In this document: piece after piece, positions 28,692 through 32,000 of the stretch
How the letters are laid out: the number at the start of each line of letters is the position of its first letter
Numbering within the stretch: position 1 is the stretch's first letter
Assembly: GCF_000010625.1 (NCBI RefSeq)
Contig: NC_010296.1
Span: forward strand, 4,350,001 to 4,382,000
Direction of reading: 5' to 3'
DNA from: Microcystis aeruginosa NIES-843
GTDB lineage: Bacteria; Cyanobacteriota; Cyanobacteriia; Cyanobacteriales; Microcystaceae
DNA: 32,000 nucleotides
Made by a program: the position numbers and the translations under genes
The notes under the pieces: model-generated
The model's input: the letters and a program-made list of their open reading frames with translations, nothing else
What the model was told of the DNA's origin: nothing
Databases searched by the model: none

Positions 28692-30374
28692 GGGCTTGCT
28701 GAAAAAGCCTGAAATGCCGATAGGAAAAAGGTTTCGACTCAATAAAGTCGAGAAAAAAGGCCCAAAAAAAGGTAAAATACCCTAAAAGCCAGGCACTTTT
28801 TTCATCCAGTACAGATGTATCGTATATCGACAGCAACTCCCTCAGAACCCGAATCATTTGAACTGCCCGAGGAGCGGAAAACTATCAGATGAAAACCGTT
28901 GGGTTATTATGACCAACTTAATTCCCTGGGAAAAATTTGAAGAAGAATACGCAAAAAGCTTTTCCGAAAACAAGGGGGCACCCGCCTTACCATTTAGGAT
29001 AGCATTGGCAGCATTAATTATTCAAGAAAGATTAGGAATAAGCGACAGAGAAACCGTCGAACAAATTAGGGAAACCTCTTACCTACAATACTTTATTGGG
29101 CTAACAAACTATCAAATAGAAGCCCCATTTGATGCCTCAATGATGGTATATTTTCGGAAAAGAATTAAGTTAAACCTCCTCAACAAAATTAACCAAGAAA
29201 TGGTGAAAAAAGGCCGAGAACTTCTCGAGGGCAAAGAATCTGGTGACGGAGCAGAAGAGCGAGGAGAAGAAAGTGAGCGGCCCAATTCAGGAAAATTAAT
29301 ATTAGATGCGACTTGTGCGCCTGCCGATATTAAGTATCCCACAGATTTAGACCTATTAAATCAAGCTCGTCAAGGAACGGAAAAAATCCTAGATTGTCTC
29401 TACAGGGAAGTCAAAGACAAGTTAACTAAGAAACCAAGAACTTCCCGAAAAATAGCGAGAAAAAACTATTTAAAAGTCGCTAAAAAACGTCGTCCCTCTC
29501 AAAAAGAAAGACGGAAAGCCATTGGTCAACAACTGGGATATATTCAAAGAAACTTAGGTTATATAGACCAACTAATTGCATTAGGAGCCTCCTTAACTTG
29601 TTTAAGTAAAAGACAATATAAACTGCTATTAGTCATTGAAGAAGTCTCTCGTCAACAACGGGAGATGTGGTCAGAGAAAAAAACAAAGGTTGACCAGAGA
29701 ATTGTCAGTTTAAGTCAACCTCATGTACGTCCTATTGTGAGAGGCAAAGCCGGAAAACCGACGGAATTTGGGGCAAAGCTCTCGGTGTCTTGTGTGGATA
29801 ATTATGTATTTTTACACCGTTTGTCTTGGGAAAACTTTAATGAATCTCAAGATTTGAAAGCGCAAGTAGAAAACTTTAAAGAGACTTATGGTTGTTAGCC
29901 AGCAATCCGTTCATGTCGATAAAATTTATCGAACCAGAGAAAACTTGGCATGGTGCAAGGAAAGAGGGATAAGATTAAGTGGATTACCCTTGGGAAGACC
30001 ACCGAAGAATCGCAGGGCTGAAATAAAAAAACAAGCTCAAGAGGACGAGAGTTTTCGCAATGCAATAGAAGGGAAATTCGGACAAGCTAAGAGAAGATTT
30101 GGTTTAAATCTGTGCATGACAAAACTACCTGAAACTTCAGAAACGTCCATTGCTCTTACCTTTTTGGTTGTCAATCTTTCCCGACTGCTTCGGCAGTTTT
30201 TTGGGCTTTTTTTGTCTTTCTGGCTTTTTCGGCGAACAAATGAACTAAGATGCCGCCAACGCTTTAACAAAAATTATGTTAAAAGTTATTTTACTCAAGT
30301 AAAACTTATCAGTTGAACGACAAATTATTGGCACTCAATAGCATAATTCTTTGAGCGACTTTTTCAGCAAGCCC
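28692..30374 (+). mobile_element. IS5/IS1182-superfamily insertion sequence
   Basis: Perfect 16-bp IR GGGCTTGCTGAAAAAG, flanked by TAATTA at 28686-28691 and 30375-30380. Confidence 0.8.
28815..30316 (+). pseudogene. IS5/IS1182-type transposase (DUF772-type N-terminus), in three frames
   Basis: ATG at 28815 gives MYRISTATPSEPESFELP, followed by a shift near 28870. The main frame 28858-29898 reads PFRIALAALIIQERLGISDRETVEQIRETSYLQYFIGL. A further shift near 29890 leads to SVHVDKIYRTRENLAWCKERGIRLSG. Confidence 0.75.
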
Positions 30375-31532
30375 TAATTACGAAAGTTCCAGGATTTACA
30401 CTTAGTAGAGTTGCAGCAATCGCTAAAACTCTCAGAGTACCATCGGACAACAAAGGAGCATCTATCTGATGTTCTTTGTTCCCAAAAGACTCTATTAGTT
30501 TCACCATAACATCCTTGCGGTCTGTAATGATAAAGCGAATATCGGTAATATCCTGTTCTGGTAATGAACGAATGAAGTCAAGCAACTTGTTTTTTTGAGT
30601 CTCTCCCTGCTGACAAACTGCGTAAAGAACACTAGAAAGGTTAGAGCCATCTTCTTTAATATCATCATATTTAGCGTAAGCATAATCCCGCATTACTGCT
30701 GGACGAGGATCAAGAAAGACAATATTTCTCAAGGTTTCTCGAATTACTTTAGTAACTGCTGGAATAATTTTTTGTGATTGAGTATGAGTTTGCTGGAACC
30801 GACTGGGAGTTTCCAATTGATAAAAAATGGCTTGTCGGTTAGAGCAAGGTATGTGGGGCTTATTTCCACCTGTCTTAAAATTGTTATACATCACCCTAAT
30901 TTCATCGGTGTGTGAGTTGGGAGCGCATCAATTTTGTAAAGTATTAATTCCTGATCTTTACTAGCTTTACTGACACTTTCTCCGCTGATAATAAGTTGGT
31001 CTGATAATAGCCCAATCTCAATCTCGAAATCAGTCCAACCGTCAGGAGCGTTATCAATGTGTGTTCCCAAGGTAAAATACTGTTTTTCTGCACTGAAAAG
31101 ATCGATCGCTTGTCCACGGGCAATTGCATTACCGCTTTGAATGTTGCGTTCAATGTCATCTAACCTGCTGCCTTTCGCTAACCACGAAAGTAAGCGAATT
31201 GCTTCTAGTGCATTACTTTTTCCTGACGCATTAGCACCGATTAAAAAGGTGATGGGTGCTAGAGCCCGCATTTCTCACAAAAAGTACGATCACCAACCCC
31301 CGAAGCCTTACAAAATCTGGGTTTTGACTGGGTGATCGCCTTGTAGCAAAAACGACAGTGTGTTGTTAGGATTCAACTTAAGCTCATCATCAATTAGACC
31401 TTGAAAAAAGAACAAATTTAAAATGCGTATTTTTAGGTTAATTAGTTGATAAAGTCTCAATTTTAAGTAGAGAATGAAGTCAAAAGCTTGCTATAATTTA
31501 ATCATTAAAACTATTTAAAGTATGTCAAGTTT

Positions 31533-32000
31533 ATGACTCCTAGTTCAGACCAGTCTCGACTCAATCAATTAAATTTTGGAAACCTCAATGGAAGACAAGT
31601 AATCGCTAATTTTGAGGGAGAAAAAATCACCTCAGATGCAGGAATTATTTTGATGGCAGAGTTAGACCAAAAGCTAAAAATAACGGCTCGGTTTGCCGAA
31701 TGTTTTCGAGATTATCGAAATTCATCCTATCTAGATTATTCAGTTCATGAACTACTCGCACAAAGAGTTTATGGGATAGTTTTGGGATATGAGGATGTCA
31801 ATGATCATGATAAATTACGTCATGCTCCAGCTTTAGCAATAGCATTGAAAAAACTAAATTTTATTGACTCAGCCCAAGCAAATTTAGCGGGAAAAAGTAC
31901 AATTAATCGACTAGAATATTGTCCGGAAACAGTCATCAATCAAGAGAACAGTCGTTACCATAAAATCGAGCCTAACCCCAAAGAAATTGAAAAAGCTTTT
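31533..32000 (+). CDS. IS1380-family transposase, N-terminal part (runs off the window)
   Basis: Read directly from the sequence: MTPSSDQSRLNQLNFGNLNGRQVIANFEGEKITSDAGIILMAELDQKLKITARFAECFRDYRNSSYLDYSVHELLAQRVYGIVLGYEDVNDHDKLRH. The frame is open to base 32000. Confidence 0.75.
   Translation, partial: MTPSSDQSRLNQLNFGNLNGRQVIANFEGEKITSDAGIILMAELDQKLKITARFAECFRDYRNSSYLDYSVHELLAQRVYGIVLGYEDVNDHDKLRHAPALAIALKKLNFIDSAQANLAGKSTINRLEYCPETVINQENSRYHKIEPNPKEIEKAF

Larger units (their letters stand above)
28516..31271 (-). pseudogene. AAA/ABC-type ATPase (abortive-infection/OLD-like P-loop family) disrupted by an IS and a frameshift
   Basis: Walker A GANASGKSN lies at 31212-31238. A frameshift occurs in cacacacc near 30905-30915. 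Walker B is split: GTFVI|IEEIDNGVHPSR joins in frame once 28692-30374 is removed. An H-loop VLITSHNP follows. Confidence 0.7.

Overview
Cyanobacterial chromosomal window. It has HIP1 GCGATCGC palindromes, heptamer tandem arrays and psaA-psaB, and is Microcystis-like in style (inference only). All calls come from reading the sequence and ORF track; no searches were run, so family names rest on motif recognition.

Bases 1-16.9 kb are mostly core genes: an amino-acid ABC binding protein, tenA, a YqiA-like esterase, psaA/psaB and a DUF29 gene. They are interrupted by:
- an MNT/HepT toxin-antitoxin remnant;
- an ORF-less group II intron sitting exactly in phase inside a GGGGTGT heptamer array;
- a frameshifted IS110 element;
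- a small IS5-type MITE;
- a complete IS1634 element with a 6-bp TSD.

Bases 17-32 kb are an AT-rich accessory island saturated with mobile DNA:
- an ISL3 element plus three cognate MITEs, each with a 7-8 bp TSD;
- an IS630 carrying a nested ISKra4-like IS and a MITE;
- an IS5/IS1182-like IS;
- an IS1380 start.

The other non-transposon genes recognised there (a PIN-like gene and an AAA ATPase) are broken. The exception is one compact, intact three-gene operon at 17549-23054: dynamin-like GTPase, small single-pass membrane protein, second dynamin-like GTPase. This operon is the top candidate for an undescribed Eleos/DynA-like membrane-acting defence module.
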